Positions 22,632 through 37,892 of a stretch of 64,000 bases of DNA are shown here, piece by piece; position 1 is the stretch's first letter, and the number at the start of each line of letters is the position of its first letter. Made by a program: the position numbers and the translations under genes. The DNA comes from Eledone cirrhosa (Eukaryota). The notes beneath the pieces were generated by a model. That model was not told where the DNA came from and did not search any database. It was given only the letters and a program-made list of their open reading frames with translations. The stretch spans positions 168,330,001 to 168,394,000 of the forward strand of contig OZ024742.1 in NCBI GenBank assembly GCA_964016885.1, written 5' to 3'.

Positions 22632-25306
22632 AAAAAATCCATTAAAAAAAATCCATTAAAAAAAAATTCAATCAAAAACCCATAAAAGAAACATTAAAAC
22701 AGCATTTAAAAAACCCATTAAAAATTCATTTAAAAAATCCATTTAAAAAATCCATTAAAAATCCATTAAAAATCCATTAAAAATCCATTAAAAATCCATT
22801 AAAAATAATCCATTAAAAAAAAATTCAATCAAAAACCCATAAAAGAAACATTAAAACAGCATTTAAAAAATCCATTAAAAAAAATCCATTTAAAAAAATC
22901 CATTAAAAAAGCCATTAAAAATCCATTAAAAATCCATTTAAAAAAAATCCATTAAAAAAATCCATTAAAAATCCATTAAAAAAATCCATTTAAAAAAATC
23001 CATTAAAAAATCCATTAAAAATCCATTAAAAATCCATTAAAAAATCCATTTAAAAAACCCATTAAAAAAATCCATTTAAAAAATCCATTTAAAAAATCCA
23101 TTAAAAAAAATCCATTTAAAAAAACCCATTAAAAAAAATCCATTAAGAAAATCCATTTAAAAAATCCATTAAAAAAAATCCATTAAAAAAAATCCATTAA
23201 AAAAAATCCATTAAAAAAAAATCCGTTAAAAAAAATCCATTAAAAAAAAATCCGTTAAAAAAATCCATTAAAAGCTCAATCCCATTAAAAACGCCATAAA
23301 AATCATTAAAATCCAATTAAAGATACATTAAAGGCCCATTAAAAACGCCATAAAAAATCCATTAAAAAAATCCATTAAAAAAACTCAATCAAAAACCCAT
23401 AAAAGAAACATTAAAACAGCATTTAAAAAATCCATTAAAAATCCATTAAAAAAATCCATTTAATAAAATCCATTAAAAAATCCATTAAAAATCCATTAAA
23501 AATCCATTAAAAATCCATTAAAAATCCATTAAAAATCCATTAAAAAACCCATTTAAAAAAATCCATTAAAAAAATCCATTAAAAAAAGCCATTAAAAAAA
23601 GCCATTAAAAAAATCCATTTAAAAAAAGCCATTAAAAAAATCCATTAAAAAAAAATCCATTAAAAATCCATTAAAAAAATCCATTTAAAAAAATCCATTA
23701 AAAACCCATTAAAAATCCATTAAAAAATCCATTAAAAAACCCATTAAAAAAAATCCATTAGAAAAATCCATTTAAAAAATCCATTAAAAAAAAATCCATT
23801 TAAAAAACCCATTAAAAAAAATCCATTAAAAAAATCCATTTAAAAAATCCATTAAAAAAATCCATTAAAAAAATCCATTTAAAAAATCCATAAAAAAAAA
23901 CCATTAAAAAAAATCCATTAAAAAAAAATCCATTAAAAAAAATCCATTAAAAAAAATCCATTAAAAATCCATTAAAAAAAATCCATTTAAAAAAAATTCA
24001 TTAAAAAATCCATTAAAAATCCATTAAAAATCCATTTAAAAAAATCCATTTAAAAAATCCATTTAAAAAACCCATTACAAAAAATACATTAAAAAAAATC
24101 CATAAAAAAAAAAGCCATTAAAAAAAATCCATTAAAAAAAATCTATTAAAAATCCATTAAAAATCCATTAAAAATCCATTAAAAATCCATTAAAAATCCA
24201 TTAAAAATCCATTAAAAAGCCATTAAAAATCCATTAAAATCCATTAAAAATCCATTAAAAATCCATTAAAAATCCATTAAAAATCCATTAAAAAATCCAT
24301 TTAAAAAAATCCATTAAAAAATCCATTAAAAAATCCATTTAAAAAATCCATTAAAAAAATCCATTAAAAAAAAATACATTAAAAAAAAAATCCATTAAAA
24401 AAAATCAATTTAAAAAAATCCATTAAAAATCCATTAAAAAAATCCATTTAAAAAAATCCATTAAAAACCCATTAAAAACCCATTAAAAATCCATTAAAAA
24501 TCCATTTAAAAAACCCATTAAAAAAAATCCATTAAAAAAAATCCATTTAAAAAATCCATTAAAAAAAATCCATTAAAAAAACCCATTAAAAAAATCCATT
24601 AAAAAAATCCATTTAAAAAATCCATTAAAAAAAATTCATTAAAAAAAAATCCATAAAAAAATCCATTAAAAAAATCCATTTAAAAAAATCCATTAAAAAA
24701 AATCCATTAAAAATCCATTAAAAAAATCCATTAAAAAAAATCCATTAAAAAATCCATTAAAAAACCCATTAAAAATCCATTAAAAATCCATTAAAAATCC
24801 ATTTAAAAAACCCATTAAAAAAATCCATTTAAAAAACCCATTAAAAAAAGCCATTAAAAAATCCATTTAAAAAATCCATTAAAAAAAATCCATTTAAAAC
24901 AACCCATTAAAAAAAATCCATTAAAAAAAACCCATTAAAAAAAATCCATTAAAAAAATCCATTTAAAAAATCCATTAAAAAAAATCCATTAAAAAAAATC
25001 CATAAAAAAATCCATTAAAAAAATCCATTAAAAATCCATTAAAAAAAATCCATTTAAAAAAGCCATTAAAAAATCCATTAAAAATCCATTAAAAATCCAT
25101 TTAAAAAACCCATTAAAAAATCCATTAAAAAAATCCATTTAAAAAATCCATTAAAAAAAATCCATTTAAAAAAACCCATTAAAAAAATCCATTAAAAAAT
25201 CCATTTAAAAAATCCATTAAAAAAAATCCATTAAAAAAATCCATAAAAAAAATCCATTAAAAAAAATCCATTATAAAAAAATCCGTTAAAAAAAATCCAT
25301 TAAAAA

Positions 25307-25504
25307 CTCAATCAAAAACCCAATTAAAAGGCCATAAAAGAAACATTAAAACAGCATTTAAAATACCATTAAAAACGCCATAAAAAATCATTAAAATTGT
25401 TTTTTATGAAATTTATAATATGGCTTTTAATGAATTTTTTAATGGGCTTTTAGAATCATTAAAATCCCATTAAAAATACATTAAAGGCCCATTAAAAACG
25501 CCAT
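25307..25504. repeat. Cassette copy 11 (T type)
   Basis: Island starts at 25398. Confidence 0.95.
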
Positions 25505-28500
25505 AAAAAATCCATTAAAAAAATCCATTAAAAAAAAACTCAATCAAAAACACATAAAAGAAACATTAAAACAGCATTTAAAAAATCCATTAAAAATCCA
25601 TTAAAAAAAAATCCATTAAAAAAATCCATTAAAAATCCATTAAAAAAATCCATTTAAAAAAATCCATTAAAAAATCCATTAAAAACCCATTAAAAATCCA
25701 TTAAAAATCCATTAAAAATCCATTAAAAAATCCATTTAAAAAACCCATTAAAAAAATCCATTAAAAAATCCATTTAAAAATCCATTTAAAAAAATCCATT
25801 TAAAAAAACCCATTAAAAAAAATCCATTAAAAAAATCCATTTAAAAAATCCATAAAAAAAAATCCATAAAAAAAATCCATTAAAAAAAATCCATTAAAAA
25901 AAAATTCAATCAAAAACCCATAAAAGAAACATTAAAACAGCATTTAAAAAACCCATTAAAAATTCATTAAAAAAATCCATTTAAAAAATCCATTAAAAAT
26001 CCATTAAAAATCCATTAAAAATCCATTAAAAATCCATTAAAAATCCATTAAAAATAATCCATTAAAAAAAAATTCAATCAAAAACCCATAAAAGAAACAT
26101 TAAAACAGCATTTAAAAAATCCATTAAAAAAATCCATTTAAAAAAATCCATTAAAAAAGCCATTAAAAATCCATTAAAAATCCATTAAAAAAATCCATTA
26201 AAAAAAAATCCATTAAAAAAAATCCATTAAAAATCCATTAAAAAAATCCATTTAAAAAAATCCATTAAAAATCCATTAAAAACCCATTAAAAATCCATTA
26301 AAAATCCATTAAAAATCCATTAAAAAATCCATTTAAAAAACCCATTAAAAAAATCCATTAAAAAATCCATTTAAAAATCCAGTAAAAAAAATCCATTTAA
26401 AAAAACCCATTAAAAAAAATCCATTAAAAAAATCCATTTAAAAAATCCATAAAAAAAAATCCATAAAAAAAATCCATTAAAAAAAATCCATTAAAAAAAA
26501 AATCCGTTAAAAAAAATCCATTAAAAATCCATTAAAAATCCATTAAAAATCCATTAAAAATCCATTAAAAATCCATTTAAAAAAATCCATTAAAAAAATC
26601 CATTAAAAAAATCCATTTAAAAAATCCATTAAAAAAAATCCATTAAAAAAAAATCCATTAAAAAAAATCCATTAAAAAAAATCAATTTAAAAAAATCCAT
26701 TAAAAATCCATTAAAAAAATCCATTTAAAAAAATCCATTAAAAACCCATTAAAAATCCATTAAAAATCCATTAAAAAATCCATTTAAAAAAACCATTAAA
26801 AAAAATCCATTAAAAAAATCCATTTAAAAAATCCATTAAAAAAAAATCCATTAAAAAAAACCCATTAAAAAAAATCCATTAAAAAAATCCATTTAAAAAA
26901 TCCATTAAAAAAAATCCATTAAAAAAAACTCAATCAAAAACCCATAAAAGAAACATTAAAACAGCATTTAAAAAATCCATTAAAAATCCATTAAAAAAAT
27001 CCATTTAAAAAATCCATTAAAAAATCCATTAAAAATCCATTAAAAATCCATTAAAAAATCCATTTAAAAAAATCCATTAAAAAAATCCATTTAAAAAATC
27101 CATTAAAAAATCCATTTAAAAAATCCATTAAAAAAAATCCATTAAAAAAAACCATTAAAAAATCCATTAAAAAAAATCCCATTAAAAATACATTAAAGGC
27201 CCATTAAAAACGCCATAAAAAATCCATTAAAAAAATCCATTAAAAAAAAACTCAATCAAAAACCCATAAAAGAAACATTAAAACACCATTTAAAAAATCC
27301 ATTAAAAAAATCCATTAAAAAAAATCCATTAAAAAATCCATTAAAAATCCATTAAAAATCCATTAAAAATCCATTAAAAATCCATTAAAAAATCCATTAA
27401 AAATCCATTAAAAATCCATTAAAAATCCATTAAAAAATCCATTTAAAAAAATCCATTAAAAAAATCCATTAAAAAATCCATTTAAAAAATCCATTTAAAA
27501 AAATCCATTAAAAAAAATCCATTAAAAAAAAATCCATTAAAAAAAATCCATTAAAAAAAAAATCCGTTAAAAAAAATCCATTAAAAACTCAATCAAACAC
27601 CCAATTAAAAGGCCATAAAAGAAACATTAAAACAGCATTTAAAATACCATTAAAAACGCCATAAAAATCATTAAAATCCAATTAAAGATACATTAAAGGC
27701 CCATTAAAAACGCCATAAAAAATCCATTAAAAATATCCATTAAAAAAACTCAATCAAAAACCCATAAAAGAAACATTAAAACAGCATTTAAAAAATCCAT
27801 TAAAAATCCATTAAAAAAATCCATTTAATAAAATCCATTAAAAATCCATTAAAAATCCATTAAAAATCCATTAAAAATCCATTAAAAATCCATTAAAAAT
27901 CCATTAAAAATCCATTAAAAACCCATTTAAAAAAATCCATTAAAAAAATCCATTAAAAAAATCCATTAAAAAAAGCCATTAAAAAAATCCATTTAAAAAA
28001 AGCCATTAAAAAAATCCATAAAAAAAAAATCCATTAAAAATCCATTAAAAAAATCCATTTAAAAAAATCCATTAAAAACCCATTAAAAATCCATTAAAAG
28101 ATCCATAAAAAAACCCATTAAAAAAAATCCATTAGAAAAATCCATTTAAAAAATCCATTAAAAAAAATCCATTTAAAAAACCCATTAAAAAAAATCCATT
28201 AAAAAAATCCATTTAAAAATCCATTTAAAAAATCCATTAAAAAAATCCATTTAAAAAATCCATAAAAAAAAACCATTAAAAAAAATCCATTAAAAAAAAA
28301 TCCATTAAAAAAAATCCATTAAAAAAAATCCATTAAAAATCCATTAAAAAAAATCCATTTAAAAAAAATTCATTAAAAAATCCATTAAAAATCCATTAAA
28401 AATCCATTTAAAAAAATCCATTTAAAAAATCCATTTAAAAAACCCATTACAAAAAATACATTAAAAAAAATCCATAAAAAAAAAAGCCATTAAAAAAAAT

Positions 28501-29699
28501 CCATTAAAAAAAATCTATTAAAAATCCATTAAAAATCCATTAAAAATCCATTAAAAATCCATTAAAAATCCATTAAAAATCCATTAAAAAGCCATTAAAA
28601 ATCCATTAAAATCCATTAAAAATCCATTAAAAATCCATTAAAAATCCATTAAAAATCCATTAAAAATCCATTAAAAAATCCATTTAAAAAAATCCATTAA
28701 AAAATCCATTAAAAAATCCATTTAAAAAATCCATTAAAAAAATCCATTTAAAAAAATCCATTAAAAAAAAATCCATTAAAAAAAATCAATTTAAAAAAAT
28801 CCATTAAAAATCCATTAAAAAAATCCATTTAAAAAAATCCATTAAAAACCCATTAAAAACCCATTAAAAATCCATTAAAAATCCATTTAAAAAACCCATT
28901 AAAAAAAATCCATTAAAAAAAATCCATTTAAAAAATCCATTAAAAAAAATCCATTAAAAAAACCCATTAAAAAAATCCATTAAAAAAATCCATTTAAAAA
29001 ATCCATTAAAAAAAATTCATTAAAAAAAAATCCATAAAAAAATCCATTAAAAAAATCCATTTAAAAAAATCCATTAAAAAAAATCCATTAAAAATCCATT
29101 AAAAAAATCCATTAAAAAAAATCCATTAAAAAATCCATTAAAAAACCCATTAAAAATCCATTAAAAATCCATTAAAAATCCATTAAAAATCCATTTAAAA
29201 AACCCATTAAAAAAATCCATTTAAAAAACCCATTAAAAAAAGCCATTAAAAAATCCATTTAAAAAATCCATTAAAAAAAATCCATTTAAAACAACCCATT
29301 AAAAAAAATCCATTAAAAAAAACCCATTAAAAAAATCCATTAAAAAAATCCATTTAAAAAATCCATTAAAAAAAATCCATTAAAAAAAATCCATAAAAAA
29401 ATCCATTAAAAAAATCCATTAAAAATCCATTAAAAAAAATCCATTTAAAAAAGCCATTAAAAAATCCATTAAAAATCCATTAAAAATCCATTTAAAAAAC
29501 CCATTAAAAAATCCATTAAAAAAATCCATTTAAAAAATCCATTAAAAAAAATCCATTTAAAAAAACCCATTTAAAAAAATCCATTAAAAAAATCCATTTA
29601 AAAAATCCATTAAAAAAAATCCATTAAAAAAATCCATAAAAAAAATCCATTAAAAAAAATCCATTAAAAAAAAATCCGTTAAAAAAAATCCATTAAAAA

Positions 29700-29897
29700 C
29701 TCAATCAAAAACCCAATTAAAAGGCCATAAAAGAAACATTAAAACAGCATTTAAAATACCATTAAAAACGCCATAAAAAATCATTAAAATTGTTTTTTAT
29801 GAAATTTATAATATGGCTTTTAATGAATTTTTTAATGGGCTTTTAGAATCATTAAAATCCCATTAAAAATACATTAAAGGCCCATTAAAAACGCCAT
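29700..29897. repeat. Cassette copy 12 (T type)
   Basis: Island starts at 29791. Confidence 0.95.
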
Positions 29898-31502
29898 AAA
29901 AAATCCATTAAAAAAATCCATTAAAAAAAACTCAATCAAAAACACATAAAAGAAACATTAAAACAGCATTTAAAAAATCCATTAAAAATCCATTAAAAAA
30001 AAATCCATTAAAAAAATCCATTAAAAATCCATTAAAAAAATCCATTTAAAAAAATCCATTAAAAAATCCATTAAAAACCCATTAAAAATCCATTAAAAAT
30101 CCATTAAAAATCCATTAAAAAATCCATTTAAAAAACCCATTAAAAAAATCCATTAAAAAATCCATTTAAAAATCCATTAAAAAAAATCCATTTAAAAAAA
30201 CCCATTAAAAAAAATCCATTAAAAAAATCCATTTAAAAAATCCATAAAAAAAAATCCATAAAAAAAATCCATTAAAAAAAATCCATTAAAAAAAAATTCA
30301 ATCAAAAACCCATAAAAGAAACATTAAAACAGCATTTAAAAAACCCATTAAAAATTCATTAAAAAAATCCATTTAAAAAATCCATTAAAAATCCATTAAA
30401 AATCCATTAAAAATCCATTAAAAATCCATTAAAAATCCATTAAAAATAATCCATTAAAAAAAAATTCAATCAAAAACCCATAAAAGAAACATTAAAACAG
30501 CATTTAAAAAATCCATTAAAAAAATCCATTTAAAAAAATCCATTAAAAAAGCCATTAAAAATCCATTAAAAATCCATTAAAAAAATCCATTTAAAAAAAT
30601 CCATTAAAAATCCATTAAAAACCCATTAAAAATCCATTAAAAATCCATTAAAAATCCATTAAAAAATCCATTTAAAAAACCCATTAAAAAAATCCATTAA
30701 AAAATCCATTTAAAAATCCAGTAAAAAAAATCCATTTAAAAAAACCCATTAAAAAAAATCCATTAAAAAAATCCATTTAAAAAATCCATAAAAAAAAATC
30801 CATAAAAAAAATCCATTAAAAAAAATCCATTACAAAAAAAATCCGTTAAAAAAAATCCATTAAAAATCCATTAAAAATCCATTAAAAATCCATTAAAAAT
30901 CCATTAAAAATCCATTTAAAAAAATCCATTAAAAAAATCCATTAAAAAAATCCATTTAAAAAATCCATTAAAAAAAATCCATTAAAAAAAAATCCATTAA
31001 AAAAAATCCATTAAAAAAAATCAATTTAAAAAAATCCATTAAAAATCCATTAAAAAAATCCATTTAAAAAAATCCATTAAAAACCCATTAAAAATCCATT
31101 AAAAATCCATTAAAAAATCCATTTAAAAAAACCATTAAAAAAAATCCATTAAAAAAATCCATTTAAAAAATCCATTAAAAAAAAATCCATTAAAAAAAAC
31201 CCATTAAAAAAAATCCATTAAAAAAATCCATTTAAAAAATCCATTAAAAAAAATCCATTAAAAAAAACTCAATCAAAAACCCATAAAAGAAACATTAAAA
31301 CAGCATTTAAAAAATCCATTAAAAAAATCCATTTAAAAAATCCATTAAAAAAAATCCATTTAAAAAAACCCATTTAAAAAAATCCATTAAAAAAATCCAT
31401 TTAAAAAATCCATTAAAAAAAATCCATTAAAAAAATCCATAAAAAAAATCCATTAAAAAAAATCCATTAAAAAAAAATCCGTTAAAAAAAATCCATTAAA
31501 AA

Positions 31503-31700
31503 CTCAATCAAAAACCCAATTAAAAGGCCATAAAAGAAACATTAAAACAGCATTTAAAATACCATTAAAAACGCCATAAAAAATCATTAAAATTGTTTTT
31601 TATGAAATTTATAATATGGCTTTTAATGAATTTTTTAATGGGCTTTTAGAATCATTAAAATCCCATTAAAAATACATTAAAGGCCCATTAAAAACGCCAT
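31503..31700. repeat. Cassette copy 13 (T type)
   Basis: Island starts at 31594. Confidence 0.95.
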
Positions 31701-32997
31701 AAAAAATCCATTAAAAAAATCCATTAAAAAAAAACTCAATCAAAAACACATAAAAGAAACATTAAAACAGCATTTAAAAAATCCATTAAAAATCCATTAA
31801 AAAAAAATCCATTAAAAAAATCCATTAAAAATCCATTAAAAAAATCCATTTAAAAAAATCCATTAAAAAATCCATTAAAAACCCATTAAAAATCCATTAA
31901 AAATCCATTAAAAATCCATTAAAAAATCCATTTAAAAAACCCATTAAAAAAATCCATTAAAAAATCCATTTAAAAATCCATTAAAAAAAATCCATTTAAA
32001 AAAACCCATTAAAAAAAATCCATTAAAAAAATCCATTTAAAAAATCCATAAAAAAAAATCCATAAAAAAAATCCATTAAAAAAAATCCATTAAAAAAAAA
32101 ATCCGTTAAAAAAAATCCATTAAAAATCCATTAAAAATCCATTAAAAATCCATTAAAAATCCATTAAAAATCCATTAAAAATCCATTAAAAATCCATTTA
32201 AAAAAATCCATTAAAAAAATCCATTAAAAAAATCCATTTAAAAAATCCATTAAAAAAAATCCATTAAAAAAAAATCCATTAAAAAAAATCCATTAAAAAA
32301 AATCAATTTAAAAAAATCCATTAAAAATCCATTAAAAAAATCCATTTAAAAAAATCCATTAAAAACCCATTAAAAATCCATTAAAAATCTATTAAAAAAT
32401 CCATTTAAAAAAACCATTAAAAAAAATCCAATAAAAAAATCCATTTAAAAAATCCATTAAAAAAAAATCCATTAAAAAAATCCATTTAAAAAATCCATTA
32501 AAAAAAATCCATTAAAAAAAACTCAATCAAAAACCCATAAAAGAAACATTAAAACAGCATTTAAAAAATCCATTAAAAATCCATTAAAAGAATCCATTTA
32601 AAAAATCCATTAAAAAATCCATTAAAAATCCATTAAAAATCCATTAAAAAATCCATTTAAAAAAATCCATTAAAAAAATCCTTTAAAAAATCCATTTAAA
32701 AATCCATTTAAAAAATCCATTAAAAAAAATCCATTAAAAAAAACCATTAAAAAATCCATTAAAAAAAATCCCATTAAAAATACATTAAAAATCCATTAAA
32801 AATCCATTAAAAAATCCATTAAAAATCCATTAAAAATCCATTAAAAAATCCATTAAAAAAAATCCATTAAAAAAATCCATTAAAAAATCCATTTAAAAAA
32901 TCCATTTAAAAAAATCCATTAAAAAAAATCCATTAAAAAAAATCCATTAAAAAAAATCCATTAAAAAAAAAATCCGTTAAAAAAAATCCATTAAAAA

Positions 32998-33195
32998 CTC
33001 AATCAAACACCCAATTAAAAGGCCATAAAAGAAACATTAAAACAGCATTTAAAATACCATTAAAAACGCCATAAAAAATCATTAAAATTGTTTTTTATGA
33101 AATTTATAATATGGCTTTTAATGAACTTTTTAATGGGCTTTTAGAATCATTAAAATCCCATTAAAAATACATTAAAGGCCCATTAAAAACGCCAT
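32998..33195. repeat. Cassette copy 14 (C type)
   Basis: Island starts at 33089. Confidence 0.95.
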
Positions 33196-34911
33196 AAAAA
33201 ATCCATTAAAAAATATCCATTAAAAAAAAATTCAATCAAAAACCCATAAAAGAAACATTAAAACAGCATTTAAAAAACCCATTAAAAATTCATTAAAAAA
33301 ATCCATTTAAAAAATCCATTAAAAATCCATTAAAAATCCATTAAAAATCCATTAAAAATCCATTAAAAATCCATTAAAAATAATCCATTAAAAAAAAATT
33401 CAATCAAAAACCCATAAAAGAAACATTAAAACAGCATTTAAAAAATCCATTAAAAAAATCCATTTAAAAAAATCCATTAAAAAAGCCATTAAAAATCCAT
33501 TAAAAATCCATTAAAAAAATCCATTAAAAAAAAATCCATTAAAAAAAATCCATTAAAAATCCATTAAAAAAATCCATTTAAAAAAATCCATTAAAAATCC
33601 ATTAAAAACCCATTAAAAATCCATTAAAAATCCATTAAAAATCCATTAAAAAATCCATTTAAAAAACCCATTAAAAAAATCCATTAAAAAATCCATTTAA
33701 AAATCCAGTAAAAAAAATCCATTTAAAAAAACCCATTAAAAAAATCCATTAAAAAAATCCATTTAAAAAATCCATAAAAAAAAATCCATAAAAAAAATCC
33801 ATTAAAAAAAATCCATTAAAAAAAAAATCCGTTAAAAAAAATCCATTAAAAATCCATTAAAAATCCATTAAAAATCCATTAAAAATCCATTAAAAATCCA
33901 TTTAAAAAAATCCATTAAAAAAATCCATTAAAAAAATCCATTTAAAAAATCCATTAAAAAAAATCCATTAAAAAAAAATCCATTAAAAAAAATCCATTAA
34001 AAAAAATCAATTTAAAAAAATCCATTAAAAATCCATTAAAAAAATCCATTTAAAAAAATCCATTAAAAACCCATTAAAAATCCATTAAAAATCCATTAAA
34101 AAATCCATTTAAAAAAAACATTAAAAAAAATCCATTAAAAAAATCCATTTAAAAAATCCATTAAAAAAAAATCCATTAAAAAAAACCCATAAAAAAAAAT
34201 CCATTAAAAAAATCCATTTAAAAAATCCATTAAAAAAAATCCATTAAAAAAAACTCAATCAAAAACCCATAAAAGAAACATTAAAACAGCATTTAAAAAA
34301 TCCATTAAAAATCCATTAAAAAAATCCATTTAAAAAATCCATTAAAAAATCCATTAAAAATCCATTAAAAATCCATTAAAAAATCCATTTAAAAAAATCC
34401 ATTGAAAAAATCCATTTAAAAAATCCATTAAAAAATCCATTTAAAAAATCCATTAAAAAAAATCCATTAAAAAAAACCATTAAAAAATCCATTAAAAAAA
34501 ATCCCATTAAAAATACATTAAAGGCCCATTAAAAACGCCATAAAAAATCCATTAAAAAAATCCATTAAAAAAAAACTCAATCAAAAACCCATAAAAGAAA
34601 CATTAAAACAGCATTTAAAAAATCCATTAAAAAAATCCATTTAAAAAAATCCATTAAAAAATCCATTAATAATCCATTAAAAATCCATTAAAAATCCATT
34701 AAAAATCCATTAAAAAATCCATTAAAAATCCATTAAAAATCCATTAAAAATCCATTAAAAAATCCATTTAAAAAAATCCAATAAAAAAATCCATTAAAAA
34801 ATCCATTTAAAAAATCCATTTAAAAAAATCCATTAAAAAAAATCCATTAAAAAAAAATCCATTAAAAAAAATCCATTAAAAAAAAATCCGTTAAAAAAAA
34901 TCCATTAAAAA

Positions 34912-35096
34912 CTCAATCAAACACCCAATTAAAAGGCCATAAAAGAAACATTAAAACAGCATTTAAAATACCATTAAAAACGCCATAAAAAATCATTAAA
35001 ATTGTTTTTTATGAAATTTATAATATGGCTTTTAATGAACTTTTTAATGGGCTTTTAGAATCATTAAAATCCCATTAAAAATACATTAAAGGCCAT
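34912..35096. repeat. Cassette copy 15 (C type, short right arm)
   Basis: Island starts at 35003. Confidence 0.95.
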
Positions 35097-37694
35097 AAAA
35101 AATCCATTAAAAAAAATCCATTAAAAAAAAATTCAATCAAAAACCCATAAAAGAAACATTAAAACAGCATTTAAAAAACCCATTAAAAATTCATTAAAAA
35201 AATCCATTTAAAAAATCCATTAAAAATCCATTAAAAATCCATTAAAAATCCATTAAAAATCCATTAAAAATCCATTAAAAATAATCCATTAAAAAAAAAT
35301 TCAATCAAAAACCCATAAAAGAAACATTAAAACAGCATTTAAAAAATCCATTAAAAAAAATCCATTAAAAAAGCCATTAAAAATCCATTAAAAATCCATT
35401 AAAAAAAAATCCATTAAAAAAATCCATTAAAAATCCATTAAAAAAATCCATTTAAAAAAATCCATTAAAAAATCCATTAAAAATCCATTAAAAATCCATT
35501 AAAAAATCCATTTAAAAAACCCATTAAAAAAATCCATTTAAAAAATCCATTTAAAAAATCCATTAAAAAAAATCCATTTAAAAAAACCCATTAAAAAAAA
35601 TCCATTAAGAAAATCCATTTAAAAAATCCATTAAAAAAAATCCATTAAAAAAAATCCATTAAAAAAAATCCATTAAAAAAAAATCCGTTAAAAAAAATCC
35701 ATTAAAAAAAAATCCGTTAAAAAAATCCATTAAAAGCTCAATCCCATTAAAAACGCCATAAAAATCATTAAAATCCAATTAAAGATACATTAAAGGCCCA
35801 TTAAAAACGCCATAAAAAATCCATTAAAAAAATCCATTAAAAAAACTCAATCAAAAACCCATAAAAGAAACATTAAAACAGCATTTAAAAAATCCATTAA
35901 AAATCCATTAAAAAAATCCATTTAATAAAATCCATTAAAAAATCCATTAAAAATCCATTAAAAATCCATTAAAAATCCATTAAAAATCCATTAAAAATCC
36001 ATTAAAAAACCCATTTAAAAAAATCCATTAAAAAAATCCATTAAAAAAATCCATTAAAAAAAGCCATTAAAAAAATCCATTTAAAAAAAGCCATTAAAAA
36101 AATCCATTAAAAAAAAATCCATTAAAAATCCATTAAAAAAATCCATTTAAAAAAATCCATTAAAAACCCATTAAAAATCCATTAAAAAATCCATTAAAAA
36201 ACCCATTAAAAAAAATCCATTAGAAAAATCCATTTAAAAAATCCATTAAAAAAAAATCCATTTAAAAAACCCATTAAAAAAAATCCATTAAAAAAATCCA
36301 TTTAAAAAATCCATTAAAAAAATCCATTAAAAAAATCCATTTAAAAAATCCATAAAAAAAACCCATTAAAAAAAATCCATTAAAAAAAAATCCATTAAAA
36401 AAAATCCATTAAAAAAAATCCATTAAAAATCCATTAAAAAAAATCCATTTAAAAAAAATTCATTAAAAAATCCATTAAAAATCCATTAAAAATCCATTTA
36501 AAAAAATCCATTTAAAAAATCCATTTAAAAAACCCATTACAAAAAATACATTAAAAAAAATCCATAAAAAAAAAAGCCATTAAAAAAAATCCATTAAAAA
36601 AAATCTATTAAAAATCCATTAAAAATCCATTAAAAATCCATTAAAAAGCCATTAAAAATCCATTAAAATCCATTAAAAATCCATTAAAAATCCATTAAAA
36701 ATCCATTAAAAATCCATTAAAAAATCCATTTAAAAAAATCCATTAAAAAATCCATTAAAAAATCCATTTAAAAAATCCATTAAAAAAATCCATTAAAAAA
36801 AAATCCATTAAAAAAAAAATCCATTAAAAAAAATCAATTTAAAAAAATCCATTAAAAATCCATTAAAAAAATCCATTTAAAAAAATCCATTAAAAACCCA
36901 TTAAAAACCCATTAAAAATCCATTAAAAATCCATTTAAAAAACCCATTAAAAAAAATCCATTAAAAAAAATCCATTTAAAAAATCCATTAAAAAAAATCC
37001 ATTAAAAAAACCCATTAAAAAAATCCATTAAAAAAATCCATTTAAAAAATCCATTAAAAAAAATTCATTAAAAAAAAATCCATAAAAAAATCCATTAAAA
37101 AAATCCATTTAAAAAAATCCATTAAAAAAAATCCATTAAAAATCCATTAAAAAAATCCATTAAAAAAAATCCATTAAAAAATCCATTAAAAAACCCATTA
37201 AAAATCCATTAAAAATCCATTAAAAATCCATTTAAAAAACCCATTAAAAAAATCCATTTAAAAAACCCATTAAAAAAAGCCATTAAAAAATCCATTTAAA
37301 AAATCCATTAAAAAAAATCCATTTAAAACAACCCATTAAAAAAAATCCATTAAAAAAACCCATTAAAAAAATCCATTAAAAAAATCCATTTAAAAAATCC
37401 ATTAAAAAAAATCCATTAAAAAAAATCCATAAAAAAATCCATTAAAAAAATCCATTAAAAATCCATTAAAAAAAATCCATTTAAAAAAGCCATTAAAAAA
37501 TCCATTAAAAATCCATTAAAAATCCATTTAAAAAACCCATTAAAAAATCCATTAAAAAAATCCATTTAAAAAATCCATTAAAAAAAATCCATTTAAAAAA
37601 ACCCATTTAAAAAAATCCATTAAAAAAATCCATTTAAAAAATCCATTAAAAAAAATCCATTAAAAAAAATCCGTTAAAAAAAATCCATTAAAAA

Positions 37695-37892
37695 CTCAAT
37701 CAAAAACCCAATTAAAAGGCCATAAAAGAAACATTAAAACAGCATTTAAAATACCATTAAAAACGCCATAAAAAATCATTAAAATTATTTTTTATGAAAT
37801 TTATAATATGGCTTTTAATGAATTTTTTAATGGGCTTTTAGAATCATTAAAATCCCATTAAAAATACATTAAAGGCCCATTAAAAACGCCAT
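37695..37892. repeat. Cassette copy 16 (T type, G>A at island base 2)
   Basis: Island starts at 37786 and reads TATTTTTTATG. Confidence 0.95.
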